Source: a virus
IMG/VR virus record: IMGVR_UViG_3300044515_000031
Location: 1-44,563 of that record
Length of the DNA stretch: 44,563 nt
Strand: one strand, 5' to 3'
Below the pieces are notes generated by a model. It saw only the letters and a program-made list of their open reading frames with translations, was not told where the DNA came from and made no database searches. Every line of letters begins with the position of its first letter. The first letter of the stretch is position 1. Shown here one piece after another: positions 7,931-17,642 of the stretch. The position numbers were made by a program, and so were the translations under genes.

Positions 7931-10563
7931 TGGCCGGACGTGGCATTGTCATCAAGATCGAGGGCGACGGCGAGAGCGCAAAACGCGCGCTGGAGATGGT
8001 CCGCGAGCAGCTTCGCGAGACGTCGGAGTCGGCGAAGCATGAGGGCAGTGAGATCGGCGAGGCGATGGAGCGCGTCAAGCGCTCTCTCGAGTACATCGGA
8101 ATTTACGCCGGGATCCGCGAGGCAATCGACGGACTGAAGGAAATGGTGGGCGGGTCAGTGGAGCTGGGTGTCGAGCTCGGACACCTCTCGCAGCAGACCG
8201 GAATCAGCACAGAGAACCTTTCGGTCATGAAGTACATGGCTGACAAGACTGGCGTGGGCTTCGAGACGCTCACAAAATCGTTCCGCAAATTCTCCGTTGA
8301 AATACTCGGAGCGGAAGAGGGCAAAAAGCAGTCGATCGCTACCTTCCAGCGCCTCGGGATCACACAGAAGGAGGTAAAAGAGCACGGCAACGACATGCTC
8401 GACATGCTGGGCTTGGTGGCGGATCGGTTCAAAACAATGCCGGCCGGACCTCTGAAAGCGGCTGAGGCCGTCGGCCTCTTCGGAAAAGCTGGAATGTCTA
8501 TGATCCCGATCCTCAACGAAGGATCTGAGGGGATAGCCAGTTATGCGGCGGAGGCGAAGAGCCTGGGGCTAGTCCTGACCGAAGAGGGAGTGGCGAAGAT
8601 GGAGGCGCTTCACGCGGCCACCGTCAAGCTGCATGGCGCGATGGAGGGCGCGGGACTCGGGATAACCACAGGCATGACGCCGGCGCTGGAGGGAATGATA
8701 GACGCCCTCGCCAATGCCACAGGAAAAGGCCAAGGCTGGGTAGATATCGGCCACAAGATGGGGAACGCTACGCTCGGAGCTGCGAATGTGCTTGCGTACC
8801 TGGTGATGACGATCCGTCAGGCTGCCGCCGAGTGGGACATGCTGCAGTCCCACATTGACCATCCAGCAGACGTACTCGATGCGACGGTTGGATTTACCAA
8901 AGGCCAACGCGACAGGGGCGCAGCGCGCGCTGCTGAAGACGAGCGCATGTCCAAGCAGGCTGTTGTCGACTACAAGAAGGCCCGGGATGACTATGAGAAA
9001 TTCGCCAACGAATTGGCTCAATCCCTCTACGATCCTGCAACATCAAAGCCTCACCTTTCGTTCAAGCAAGAGGGCGGTCCTGATGGTTTAGGTCTCGGTG
9101 ACCAGAGCGGCAAGAATAAGAAGCCGAAGTCTGACGATCCGATCGTTCGCGCCGCTGCCGAACTCGCCGTGGAACAGACCAAAGCAGCCGCCGACGCGCG
9201 CAAGACTTCCGACGAGCTGAACCTCACCGAACTCGAAACCCAGCACAAGCTTCTGCTTGTCACCGATCAGGAGTACTTCGCCGAAAAACTCCGGCTGCAG
9301 AACGACGCGCTCGACGCCGAGGCCGAATCGCTGAAAGCCAAAGGAGAGACTCTGCAGGCACTCTACGACAAACAGCGCGCGGACAAGCTGCTGAAGCGCG
9401 GCAAGGACGGAAGCTCCGCCGAGGAACTGCGCACGCAGAAGGAGTTGCTGCAGGTCCAGGAGCAGATGTTGGCACTCACCCTGAAGCGCGGAAAGGACTC
9501 GTCCTCGAACACGACGGAATCGACGGCCAGTGAACGCGCAGCCGAGATCGCCAGCCTGAAGGTGATGGCTGAACTCGAAAAGCAGCGCAACGAAGGCATA
9601 ACCGCGCAGATAGCGCTCGTCCGCCGCGAGCATGACGAGGAAGCCCGGAAGTCCACCGCCGCCGGGGGATCGGTCGCCGATGCCGCTGCGATCAAAGCTG
9701 CAGGCGAGCTGGAGGTGACCAAGCTCCGCATCAAGGAAGTCACCGACCAGATCCGCGATTCGGAAGCCGAGAACACACGCGCCGTGAAGGAGCTGGCCGA
9801 CGCTGCCGAGAAGGATCCCCGCTTCAAAAAAGCCGCGACGGCGCAGATCAACGCGCTGAACCAAGCCGAGGCCGAGCAGCTCCGCGTCTTGGTCGCGCAA
9901 TATGACGCGCTGGCGCAGGAGCTCGGCGGGCCGTTCCTGGAGACCGCGAAGAACCTCCATGCGGAGATCGACAAGCTCAGCCGGCCGGACAACAAGAGCG
10001 ATGCGGCATTCGCGAAGACGCTCGCATCAGGTGTCGAGTCGATGGCGGACAAAATCGTCGAGAGCGCAGCGCGGGGCAAGGCCTCGTTCAGCTCGATGGT
10101 GCAGTCGATGGGCGACGACATCCTGCGCCTGGCGCTGAAGCTGGCCGAGGAAAAGTGGCTGACGCCCTTTCTGATGGGTCTGGGCGGTGGCGGCGGAAGC
10201 GTCCCAGGCGTGCCGGACTCGATGTATGACGCACTGGGCAGCAGCGTTCCTCACTTCGCGGATGGCGGCATGGCGTCGGGCCTCGCGCTAGTCGGCGAGA
10301 AGGGCCCAGAGCTGGTGAACTTCGGAACTCCAGGCATGGTGCATTCGAACGCGCTCTCCACCAAGATCGCGGATGCGGCCAGCGGCGGCGGCAACGGCAA
10401 GGGCGTGAGCATAGTCTCGAACGTCATCAATTCGAGCAGCCAGCCCGTCACCGCGCAGCCTTCGCAGGTCAGCTACGACAGCGAGATGAAACAGTTCATC
10501 CTCCACACGGTGTTGACGGACATGAACCAGGGCGGTCCGCTGGCGCAGGCAAATCAGAAGTAG
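7930..10563 (+). CDS. Tape measure protein (lambda gpH analogue)
   Basis: 877 aa, Ala/Glu/Lys-rich with coiled-coil character. Position after G/T fits. The Gly-rich C-terminus contains FADGGMASGLALVGEKGPELV. Confidence 0.85.
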   Translation: MAGRGIVIKIEGDGESAKRALEMVREQLRETSESAKHEGSEIGEAMERVKRSLEYIGIYAGIREAIDGLKEMVGGSVELGVELGHLSQQTGISTENLSVMKYMADKTGVGFETLTKSFRKFSVEILGAEEGKKQSIATFQRLGITQKEVKEHGNDMLDMLGLVADRFKTMPAGPLKAAEAVGLFGKAGMSMIPILNEGSEGIASYAAEAKSLGLVLTEEGVAKMEALHAATVKLHGAMEGAGLGITTGMTPALEGMIDALANATGKGQGWVDIGHKMGNATLGAANVLAYLVMTIRQAAAEWDMLQSHIDHPADVLDATVGFTKGQRDRGAARAAEDERMSKQAVVDYKKARDDYEKFANELAQSLYDPATSKPHLSFKQEGGPDGLGLGDQSGKNKKPKSDDPIVRAAAELAVEQTKAAADARKTSDELNLTELETQHKLLLVTDQEYFAEKLRLQNDALDAEAESLKAKGETLQALYDKQRADKLLKRGKDGSSAEELRTQKELLQVQEQMLALTLKRGKDSSSNTTESTASERAAEIASLKVMAELEKQRNEGITAQIALVRREHDEEARKSTAAGGSVADAAAIKAAGELEVTKLRIKEVTDQIRDSEAENTRAVKELADAAEKDPRFKKAATAQINALNQAEAEQLRVLVAQYDALAQELGGPFLETAKNLHAEIDKLSRPDNKSDAAFAKTLASGVESMADKIVESAARGKASFSSMVQSMGDDILRLALKLAEEKWLTPFLMGLGGGGGSVPGVPDSMYDALGSSVPHFADGGMASGLALVGEKGPELVNFGTPGMVHSNALSTKIADAASGGGNGKGVSIVSNVINSSSQPVTAQPSQVSYDSEMKQFILHTVLTDMNQGGPLAQANQK

Positions 10564-10566
10564 GAT

Positions 10567-11184
10567 TTGCCAGAAAGCCAGTCCCCACCGCATAAGTTCG
10601 AAGTGAAGACTGCAGCCCATCCGAACAAGCTCCCCTTCGAAGGCGTACTGACGCGTCTCGATACTCCCAGCGACAAGTCGCCCACCGGCGCCCGCGGCCA
10701 TCTCGTCATCCTGACCAGGGAAGCGGCTGAGCAGGCGATCCCCACGCTGATCGGCATGGCTGTCGGGTTCGCCAACGGCTGGGACACCCATGACCCTCGC
10801 CAGAAGTGCGGCATCATCACCAACGCCTGGATCGAGGAGGACGAGCTGCAGGTGAGCGGGTACGTCTACGCACGCGACTTCGCGGATGTGGTGGCTCACA
10901 TGCGCAAGCCCGATGTAGCGCTCGGCATGAGCTATGAGATGGTCGACGCCAGAGTGGCTGACATGCGCGAGGCGATCTGGCGGTTGACCCACGTCACCTT
11001 CACCGGCGCGGCGATCCTGCTGCGCGACAAGGCGGCCTACAGGACCAGCAGCATAGCCTTGTCGGCCTCGGCCGAGGAGTTCAATGGCCGTATGACGTTC
11101 GTGGGGCAGGGAAGCGTGCGTCTGTCCCAGGCGCGCGAAGGCCGGCTGCAGCGGTTTGTTCGCCGGCTGAGAAGCGGACGCTAG
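10567..11184 (+). CDS. Hypothetical protein with a prohead-protease (S78)-like motif layout; second protease-fold gene
   Basis: 205 aa with a TTG start. WDTHD...CG, LQVSGYVY, ALGMSYEM and HVTFTGAAILLRDKAAY line up with LFNHD...LG, LHVTCRF, VSIGY and EVSLVTVPADP of the 2728 protease domain. This is an alignment by eye only. Confidence 0.45.
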   Translation: MPESQSPPHKFEVKTAAHPNKLPFEGVLTRLDTPSDKSPTGARGHLVILTREAAEQAIPTLIGMAVGFANGWDTHDPRQKCGIITNAWIEEDELQVSGYVYARDFADVVAHMRKPDVALGMSYEMVDARVADMREAIWRLTHVTFTGAAILLRDKAAYRTSSIALSASAEEFNGRMTFVGQGSVRLSQAREGRLQRFVRRLRSGR

Positions 11185-11882
11185 GCGCGCACGCCGAAGA
11201 CTTCCATCAGCGCCTCGTCCCATCGCTTTTGGAGCTGGACATCGATCGCCTGGGCGACGTCGTCCTGCAGGTGCAGCCGCTTGCGGATGTTGGCGTGCGT
11301 GACGAAAACGTACATCGGCAGCGCGGCGTTCGGCGGATCGTTCACCTGGCGGGCCATAATGCCCTTCTTGCCACTCTTGAACCGGACCAGGAAGAAGTAG
11401 TAGCCGCGCGTCTGGGCGTTGCCGCGTACCGTTTTTCCACGTCTGTTGACGTAATTTCCACTGAGGCTGGCGTAGCCCAGCATTGCTTTCGGGCGCAGCC
11501 AGTCGGGGATGATCTTGTCCTGGCCGCCGATGAGCTGATAGAGGAACTTCGTCGGAATGGCGATGTGCTGCCGTCCCTGGATCGGGACGCGTTCCCGCCC
11601 GTCTTCCTGGCCAACCAGGTAGTCGGGCGCGCCGGTCTGACGGTTCGCCGTGTCGGTGTAGACCTCGGCAACCAGGTCTGTCTTCTTGGCCGGCGTAATT
11701 TTAGTGTTCCGTACGGTCCAGTCATTTCGATTGCGGAAGACGGCGCCCTCTTCCTTGCGGCCCGCCGCCTGCCCATCCTGGGCGACCTTCGTGAGCGTCA
11801 GGGCGATAGCGAACGGGAGCTGGCGGTTCTTCTCGTCGATGTCTTTGGTCAGCGGATCGAAGTCGGCCTTGAGGTTGATCAC
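11181..11882 (-). CDS. Hypothetical protein on the opposite strand inside the tail module
   Basis: The ORF is open to 12107. The likely start is GTG 11882, with GGAGGA 10 nt upstream on the minus strand. Third-position GC is high and composition is balanced (K/D/E/N/Y/F). Its stop shares the CTAG at 11181-11184 with the convergent gene. Confidence 0.65.
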   Translation of the reverse strand: MINLKADFDPLTKDIDEKNRQLPFAIALTLTKVAQDGQAAGRKEEGAVFRNRNDWTVRNTKITPAKKTDLVAEVYTDTANRQTGAPDYLVGQEDGRERVPIQGRQHIAIPTKFLYQLIGGQDKIIPDWLRPKAMLGYASLSGNYVNRRGKTVRGNAQTRGYYFFLVRFKSGKKGIMARQVNDPPNAALPMYVFVTHANIRKRLHLQDDVAQAIDVQLQKRWDEALMEVFGVRA

Positions 11883-11901
11883 GAAATCATGATCCTCCGA
11901 T

Positions 11902-12300
11902 TTGCCGGAAAGCGGCAATCTGCCCGATAACCTCGGCGTGGATTTCCCCCAGCTAACCCGTAAGCCGAAGCTCGCGACGCGCGGCACGACCATCGATCCC
12001 ACGCTGCGCGACTCGCTTGAGAATGGCATGGAGTCGACGCGCGCGCGCTGGACCAGGCGGCGGCGGCAGTGGGAAGTGTCGATCGATCTTCTGACGCCCG
12101 CGGACAAAGACCGGCTGGATGAATTCGTGGAGCTCGAGGCCGTCTACGGCGCCAACATCTTCGTCTTCCCCGACGAACGCGATCCGCACAATCCGGCTTA
12201 CTACTTCGTCCGCTTCAGCACACTGCCCGCGTTCTCGGATGCCGGCAACGTCGAGGGCCAGTTCCGCCAGAACTGCACCTTCACCATCCGGGAGGTGTGA
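11902..12300 (+). CDS. Minor tail protein, lambda gpM-like
   Basis: 132 aa with a TTG start. RARWTRRRRQWEVSIDLLTPADKDRLDEFVE...IFVFPDE...YYFVRF matches the layout of gpM/DUF2460-type distal tail proteins. It lies directly before the L-like gene. Confidence 0.55.
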   Translation: MPESGNLPDNLGVDFPQLTRKPKLATRGTTIDPTLRDSLENGMESTRARWTRRRRQWEVSIDLLTPADKDRLDEFVELEAVYGANIFVFPDERDPHNPAYYFVRFSTLPAFSDAGNVEGQFRQNCTFTIREV

Positions 12301-12302
12301 CG

Positions 12303-12986
12303 ATGCAGCCTCCCTACAGTCTTCTATCCGTCATCGCCAACATCGAACGCCACAAGCTCGCCTCCGGAGAGCCGTGGATACTACTGCTCGATCTTCAGTG
12401 GCCGGGTGACGTAGATCCCACGGCGCCGCAGCAGCACGTTCGCCTGGTCCGCAATCTTGACCCCATCACCTTCGACGCCGGCGACGAGCTGGGGCCGCAG
12501 GTCTACACGCCGTTCTCGTTCGAACTCGGCGACGTGACCATCGGTAACAACGGCGCGGTGCCGGAGTGCGATTTAAAAGCCTCGAACGTGATGCGCGTGC
12601 TGCAAACGACGATCGAGCAGTATGCAGGCGTCGTGGGCGCCAATCTTTTCCTGTACGTGGTCAACGCGGCGAACCCCGCCGGCGAGCCCGAGCTCTCGAT
12701 GGCGTTCACGGTCAAGCAGACGGTCTGCGACGCGAAGCTGGTGACCTTCAAGCTCGGCGCGAGCTCGCCGCTGCGCCGGCTGTTTCCTCTGCTGATGTAC
12801 TGGCCGAATTTTTGCGGGTGGCGCTACAAGGGCGCGCAGTGTGGCTACACGGGCGCGATGCCGACCTGCTCCCACACCATCGACGGCGCCACCGGGTGCA
12901 AGGCGCATTTCCCCGACCAGCCTCTGCGCGGGCTCTTCTTCCCAGGCATCGACACCAACGGCGCCGCCGTCGGGAGCGTGGTATGA
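12303..12986 (+). CDS. Minor tail protein, lambda gpL-like, with a C-terminal 4-Cys cluster
   Basis: GGAGG lies 7 nt before ATG 12303 (the ORF is open from GTG 12297). The C-terminal CGWRYKGAQCGYTGAMPTCSHTIDGATGCKAHF is the Cys pattern typical of gpL-type proteins. Confidence 0.7.
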   Translation: MQPPYSLLSVIANIERHKLASGEPWILLLDLQWPGDVDPTAPQQHVRLVRNLDPITFDAGDELGPQVYTPFSFELGDVTIGNNGAVPECDLKASNVMRVLQTTIEQYAGVVGANLFLYVVNAANPAGEPELSMAFTVKQTVCDAKLVTFKLGASSPLRRLFPLLMYWPNFCGWRYKGAQCGYTGAMPTCSHTIDGATGCKAHFPDQPLRGLFFPGIDTNGAAVGSVV

Positions 12987-13378
12987 AGCTTTCGGCGCGG
13001 ATCTACGCGGACCTGGTGGGGAAACCGTTCGTCGAAGGCGGTCGCGGACCCTATGGGTACGACTGCCTGGGTCTGGCGCTCGAGCTGCAGCGGCGGCAGG
13101 GAAGACCTGTCGACGATTACGCCTCCACGATGGACGAGTTCACGCGGGCGTACTCCGGTGGCGTATTTGGCCCTTGCATGCGCCTCGAGGCCGCGGAGGC
13201 GGGTTGTGTGGTGCTGCTGCGGACGGGGATCAACCGCCGCCACGTTGGCACGATGCTCGATAACTTCACGATGCTCCACACGATGGAGGATCTCAAGCGC
13301 TCTGCAATCGAGCGCATCCTGGCACCGGAGTGGACCCGCCGCATCATCGGCTTCTACCGGCCGGAGGTGCAGGCATGA
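12983..13378 (+). CDS. NlpC/P60-family tail peptidase, lambda gpK-like
   Basis: 131 aa with an ATGA overlap. GYDCLGL supplies the catalytic Cys and RRHVGTM the His. Confidence 0.8.
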   Translation: MKLSARIYADLVGKPFVEGGRGPYGYDCLGLALELQRRQGRPVDDYASTMDEFTRAYSGGVFGPCMRLEAAEAGCVVLLRTGINRRHVGTMLDNFTMLHTMEDLKRSAIERILAPEWTRRIIGFYRPEVQA

Positions 13379-16300
13379 TCCCGATCGTCCGCGTCACCAA
13401 TCCCATCGATCCGTCGCGGGACCGGGAGCTCTACCAGACCGAATTCGAACATCCGGTCAGTCTCGAAAACCGGGTCTACAAACACTACAGAGTCTATGAG
13501 CTGCATTCGTCCGATGGCTTCGAGGGATGGGCAACCGTAGTCCACGTCTCCGTCAATGGCCATGTTTGGCCGCGATCTCTCTGGTCCGAGGTCATTCCAA
13601 AAGACGGCGACTGCATCGTCATCGCGCCGAAGGTCGAAGGCGGCAATCTCCTCCGGACGCTGGCCGTCATCGCTGTGACTGCCGCGGCCGCTGTCGTTTC
13701 GAGCGGCGCGCTGGCGGGTCTCTCCTTTGTGGCCGGCAACCTATTCGGCGCCGGGACTCTCTCGGCCGGGCTTCTTGCAGGTGGCATCCTCGTCGGCGGC
13801 AATCTTCTTATCGGCGCTTTTATGAACGGCAACGCGCCAAGCGCCAAGACCGACACCGCCAGCTACGACCCGGATGGGCCAACTACCAGGGCGCGGTCGG
13901 GCACGGTCATCCCCAAGGGCTACGGCCGGTTTCGCTTCGGCGGCAACATCATCTCCAGCTTCGTCGACATCGAGGGTCCGGATCAGTACATCAACTGCCT
14001 GGTCTGCTACGGCTTCGGTCCCGCGCGCGCGATAAACAACATCCAGATCAACGGCAAGGACCTCTCTACCTACCAGAACGTCCAGACCTATCTGCGCATG
14101 GGTTCGAACAACCAGACGCCGATCCCGGCATTCAATCGCACGGTCAACGGCTATGCGCAGAACACGCAATGCCTCGCCGGAGTCCCTGTCATCGTTCCCG
14201 GTACCGGGACGCTGACCCAGGCGCTCCAGGTCGACATCCAGTTTCCCGAAGGCATCTTCTACAGCGATGCCGGCAGCCTGAAATCCGAGGTCATCACGTA
14301 CCGCGTCGACTACCGGACCTCCGACATCGGCTCCGGTGCCGGACCGTGGCTGCCGGTCGTCGAACCCTTCGATACGTCCGACGTTGTCAGCTACGATATC
14401 GACGGCAACCCGCTGATCCCGCATCCGTGGGTTGTCGTCGCCACGGACCTCGCGCCCAACTCAGGGGTCTGCTACTTCATGGACGATGGGCCGCACGCGC
14501 CCGGCGATCCATGGACCGGAACGATTACCAGCGAAGTCTTCCAACCCAACGGCAACCATTCGACCTACTCTCGCGCCGCCGCCGGTGAGTGGCAGAGGAC
14601 GAATCCGGCACTCAATCAGATCCTCGTCACCAGTTGGCGCGAGGGCTACCAGGACTTCGTCCACAACTCGAACTCGCCGCTGTACAACCGCACCTCGATC
14701 TACGGCCTCGCTGCCGCGAAGTATGACATCCAGGTCACGAAGTTCGGTTCCGCGAATCTCCACGACGATGTACAGTTTGGTGACAACGACTCACCGCTGG
14801 TCGGGCAGCAGATGTGGATCCATTCGGTCAACGAGATATCGTTCATTGACCTGATCTACCCCAACATGATCCTGATCGGCGTTCGCGCGCTGGCCACCAA
14901 CCAGCTCTCCGGACAAAACATCAACATCACCGCCGAGATCGACTTCGGGCTACGCACAGTCGACGAAGGCCTGATGCCGGATCAGCTGCTCGCGTACGAG
15001 GAAGATAACCCTTCGTGCGTGCTCGCGGACATGTTCCTAGACGATCTGTACGGCGGTGGTGAAGGCCTCATGATCAAGCCAGCCAACATCGCGCGCTACA
15101 TCGACGGCTGGGTCAACTTGGCGGAACTGAGCGACGAGCTCGTCGACGACGGCAACGGTGGCAGCATTCGCCGGCAAGTCTTCAACGGCGTCTTCGATAA
15201 CGAGGGTAATTTGTGGGACCAGGGCGCGGCGGTGACGCGGATGTCGCGAGCCCAGGTCGTACCCGTCGGCCGTGACTACGACGTCTTCATCGACCAGGCC
15301 GTCGACGTGCCGGTCCAGATGTTCACGATGGGCAACATCATCATGGACTCGTTCACCGAGACCTGGCTGCCGATCGACGATCGCGGCAACCAGGTCGAGA
15401 TCCAGTTCGCGGACCGCAGCCGCTACTATCGCCAGGACAATCCCCTGGTCTACATGGACCCGGCGCTGCAGGACGCCGGCGTCACGATCAAGAACACTCG
15501 TATCGACGGCCGCGGGATTACGATCCCCGCCCAGGCCTGGCACCTGGCGCGCTACAAGGCCCTATCCAACGCGCTGCTGCTCCGCACAGGCTCGTTCCGC
15601 ACCGACGCCGACGGCATCGCCTGCAGGCCCGGGAACGTGGTGATGTTGCAGCACGACGTTCCGCAGTGGGGATTTGGCGGCCGCACTATGCCAGGGTCGA
15701 CGGCGTCGCGAGTACTGCTCGACCGCAACGACATCCCCTTCGTCACCGGCACGGCCTACAGCGTGGTGGTGCAGCATCCGGCGCTGCAGCGCTACTCCAC
15801 CGCTGTGACGACAACCGCCACGTCGACCAGCCCGCCGGGCATCACCCTCGCCCTCGCGGCGTTCGATAACGCTCACCGCGTGACCCGCGCGATCGTCGCC
15901 GGCGTCGATTGCAAGATATTGCAGGCGAATGCTGGATCGATCATCGTCTCCCCGCCCCCGGGCGTGGTGCCGGTGACGGGGGAAAGCTGCGTACTGTTTG
16001 ACACCGACGTCATGGAGACGGCGCCCGTAACTGGCATCGATGCCGTGACCGGAGCGCTGATCCTGGGCACGCCGCTCAGCCGCGTCCCCGAAGACTATTC
16101 GACTTACATCTACGGTGTGGCCGGGGGAGAGAAGTGGGTACGCGTCACGAACATCAGGAAGGCTTCGGAGTTCCGGTCGACCATCGAATGGATCGACTAC
16201 GACGCCGGCGTTTTCGTCGACGCGACGCCAATCATCGGCGAGACCTCGGCGCAGGTTATTTCGAACCCTGGCGTCACGTCGCTGACTGGGACGGAGACCT

Positions 16301-17619
16301 ACCAGCTCGTCGGCGGGAGTTACATCGTCAACGCGACGCTGGCGTGGACGATGGGACCGGACTCCGTCGGCGTCGCCATTTACGGCCAGGCGACCAGCGG
16401 CACCGCGCTCAATCCGCCTCTGCCGCGCATGCTGGATCGGCTCACGCATTACGAGCGGCAATGGCAGATGCAGATCCCGATCGGCGAGACCTGGACGTTC
16501 CGCGTCGTCGGCTTCGACGCAAAGAACAAATTCGCCCCGTACAAGACGGCGCCGACCGTCAGCATTACGGCGCTGGGCATCGCAACCAACCTGCTGCTCG
16601 GCTCGAGCTTTACAAGCGGGTTCACGTACTGGAGCATCTCGCCGCGCGCCGGCGACTCCCTGGTCCCGACGTTCGCCGACGATGGGCAGGCCGTATACAC
16701 CGTCGCCGGTTCGGCGCTGACGGTTCCCCAGGTGCTGCTCTTCCAGGCGATCCCTGTCGCGAAGTGGGCGGTTGGCCAGTACCTGATGCTCTCGGCGTAC
16801 TTCCAGACCACGGGAGCTAGCGACGGCAGCGCCTCGCCTGTGGGTAACCTGGTCGCCGACATCCAGTTCACAGGCTCCGGAGGCGTGACGCATGCCCGCG
16901 CGGTCCTGACGATGGCAGGCACGGCTCTCGGCCTGACCCGCGTCAACACGGCCGCAACCCAGATCCCGGTCGGCACTACGTCGATCGTCGTCAGCATCCT
17001 GGTAGACGGCGGCAGCCTCAGCGCGCCGATCGCGTCCACGATGATCGCCAACCACCTGCTGCTGGAGATTGTGCCCTCGTCGCAGACCGCGCCCTCGGCC
17101 TGGGCTGAGCTGGACGCCAACGGAAAGGTGCTCGACTTCTTCTCCGGCTCGAGCGTCGGCGTGCGTGCGCAGGGCTCGGTCCTCCCGGTCACCAGCGGCA
17201 AGATCTCCTATACCTTCACCGACACCACAATCAGCCCGTTCTGGACGTTCCTCGCGATCCTCTGGCCGGACGCCGGCAAGACCATGATCGTCGATGGCAG
17301 CGCGCCGACAGTGACGGGTCTCACGGCTTTCACGGACTACTGGGCTTTCTTCTACTTCGATATCGTGCTTGGCGTCGTCGCCTTCATCGCGAACAACTCG
17401 GATGCAGGGACGCCTGCGATGCTGTTCTCGGCCTACAACGTCGCCGCGGATGCAGCCTGCTCGTATGACGGCCGTGTGCCGTTGACGCCGGGCGGTTTGA
17501 AGATCAAGACGGCAGCCAGCGGCGGATCGGGCGGCGGCTTCGGTGGCGGAGCTCCAGGCGGCGGCGATGCCCCTCCTGACGGACCGATTGCGGAGTTGCC
17601 CGCCGCTGAACATGGATAG
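13375..17619 (+). CDS. Fusion of tail assembly protein gpI-like N-terminus with gpJ-like central tail fiber / host-specificity protein
   Basis: 1414 aa with an ATGA overlap. Residues 1-220 parallel lambda I (IPKDGDCIVIAPKVEGG, a Gly/Ala-rich hydrophobic stretch, PKGYGRFRFGGNIISSFVDIE). The rest parallels lambda J (YPNMILIGVRA..., NPSCVLADMF..., AQAWHLARYKA...). Confidence 0.85.
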   Translation: MIPIVRVTNPIDPSRDRELYQTEFEHPVSLENRVYKHYRVYELHSSDGFEGWATVVHVSVNGHVWPRSLWSEVIPKDGDCIVIAPKVEGGNLLRTLAVIAVTAAAAVVSSGALAGLSFVAGNLFGAGTLSAGLLAGGILVGGNLLIGAFMNGNAPSAKTDTASYDPDGPTTRARSGTVIPKGYGRFRFGGNIISSFVDIEGPDQYINCLVCYGFGPARAINNIQINGKDLSTYQNVQTYLRMGSNNQTPIPAFNRTVNGYAQNTQCLAGVPVIVPGTGTLTQALQVDIQFPEGIFYSDAGSLKSEVITYRVDYRTSDIGSGAGPWLPVVEPFDTSDVVSYDIDGNPLIPHPWVVVATDLAPNSGVCYFMDDGPHAPGDPWTGTITSEVFQPNGNHSTYSRAAAGEWQRTNPALNQILVTSWREGYQDFVHNSNSPLYNRTSIYGLAAAKYDIQVTKFGSANLHDDVQFGDNDSPLVGQQMWIHSVNEISFIDLIYPNMILIGVRALATNQLSGQNINITAEIDFGLRTVDEGLMPDQLLAYEEDNPSCVLADMFLDDLYGGGEGLMIKPANIARYIDGWVNLAELSDELVDDGNGGSIRRQVFNGVFDNEGNLWDQGAAVTRMSRAQVVPVGRDYDVFIDQAVDVPVQMFTMGNIIMDSFTETWLPIDDRGNQVEIQFADRSRYYRQDNPLVYMDPALQDAGVTIKNTRIDGRGITIPAQAWHLARYKALSNALLLRTGSFRTDADGIACRPGNVVMLQHDVPQWGFGGRTMPGSTASRVLLDRNDIPFVTGTAYSVVVQHPALQRYSTAVTTTATSTSPPGITLALAAFDNAHRVTRAIVAGVDCKILQANAGSIIVSPPPGVVPVTGESCVLFDTDVMETAPVTGIDAVTGALILGTPLSRVPEDYSTYIYGVAGGEKWVRVTNIRKASEFRSTIEWIDYDAGVFVDATPIIGETSAQVISNPGVTSLTGTETYQLVGGSYIVNATLAWTMGPDSVGVAIYGQATSGTALNPPLPRMLDRLTHYERQWQMQIPIGETWTFRVVGFDAKNKFAPYKTAPTVSITALGIATNLLLGSSFTSGFTYWSISPRAGDSLVPTFADDGQAVYTVAGSALTVPQVLLFQAIPVAKWAVGQYLMLSAYFQTTGASDGSASPVGNLVADIQFTGSGGVTHARAVLTMAGTALGLTRVNTAATQIPVGTTSIVVSILVDGGSLSAPIASTMIANHLLLEIVPSSQTAPSAWAELDANGKVLDFFSGSSVGVRAQGSVLPVTSGKISYTFTDTTISPFWTFLAILWPDAGKTMIVDGSAPTVTGLTAFTDYWAFFYFDIVLGVVAFIANNSDAGTPAMLFSAYNVAADAACSYDGRVPLTPGGLKIKTAASGGSGGGFGGGAPGGGDAPPDGPIAELPAAEHG

Positions 17620-17642
17620 CCAATTTTGACTGAATCCGGGCG

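Noticed and set aside
11229-11930. 233-aa plus-strand ORF that would keep the tail module co-directional
   Set aside because: Its composition is shadow-like (R/L/V/G-rich). The minus-strand frame has high third-position GC, balanced composition and its own GGAGGA-N10-GTG start, so the reverse gene is preferred.
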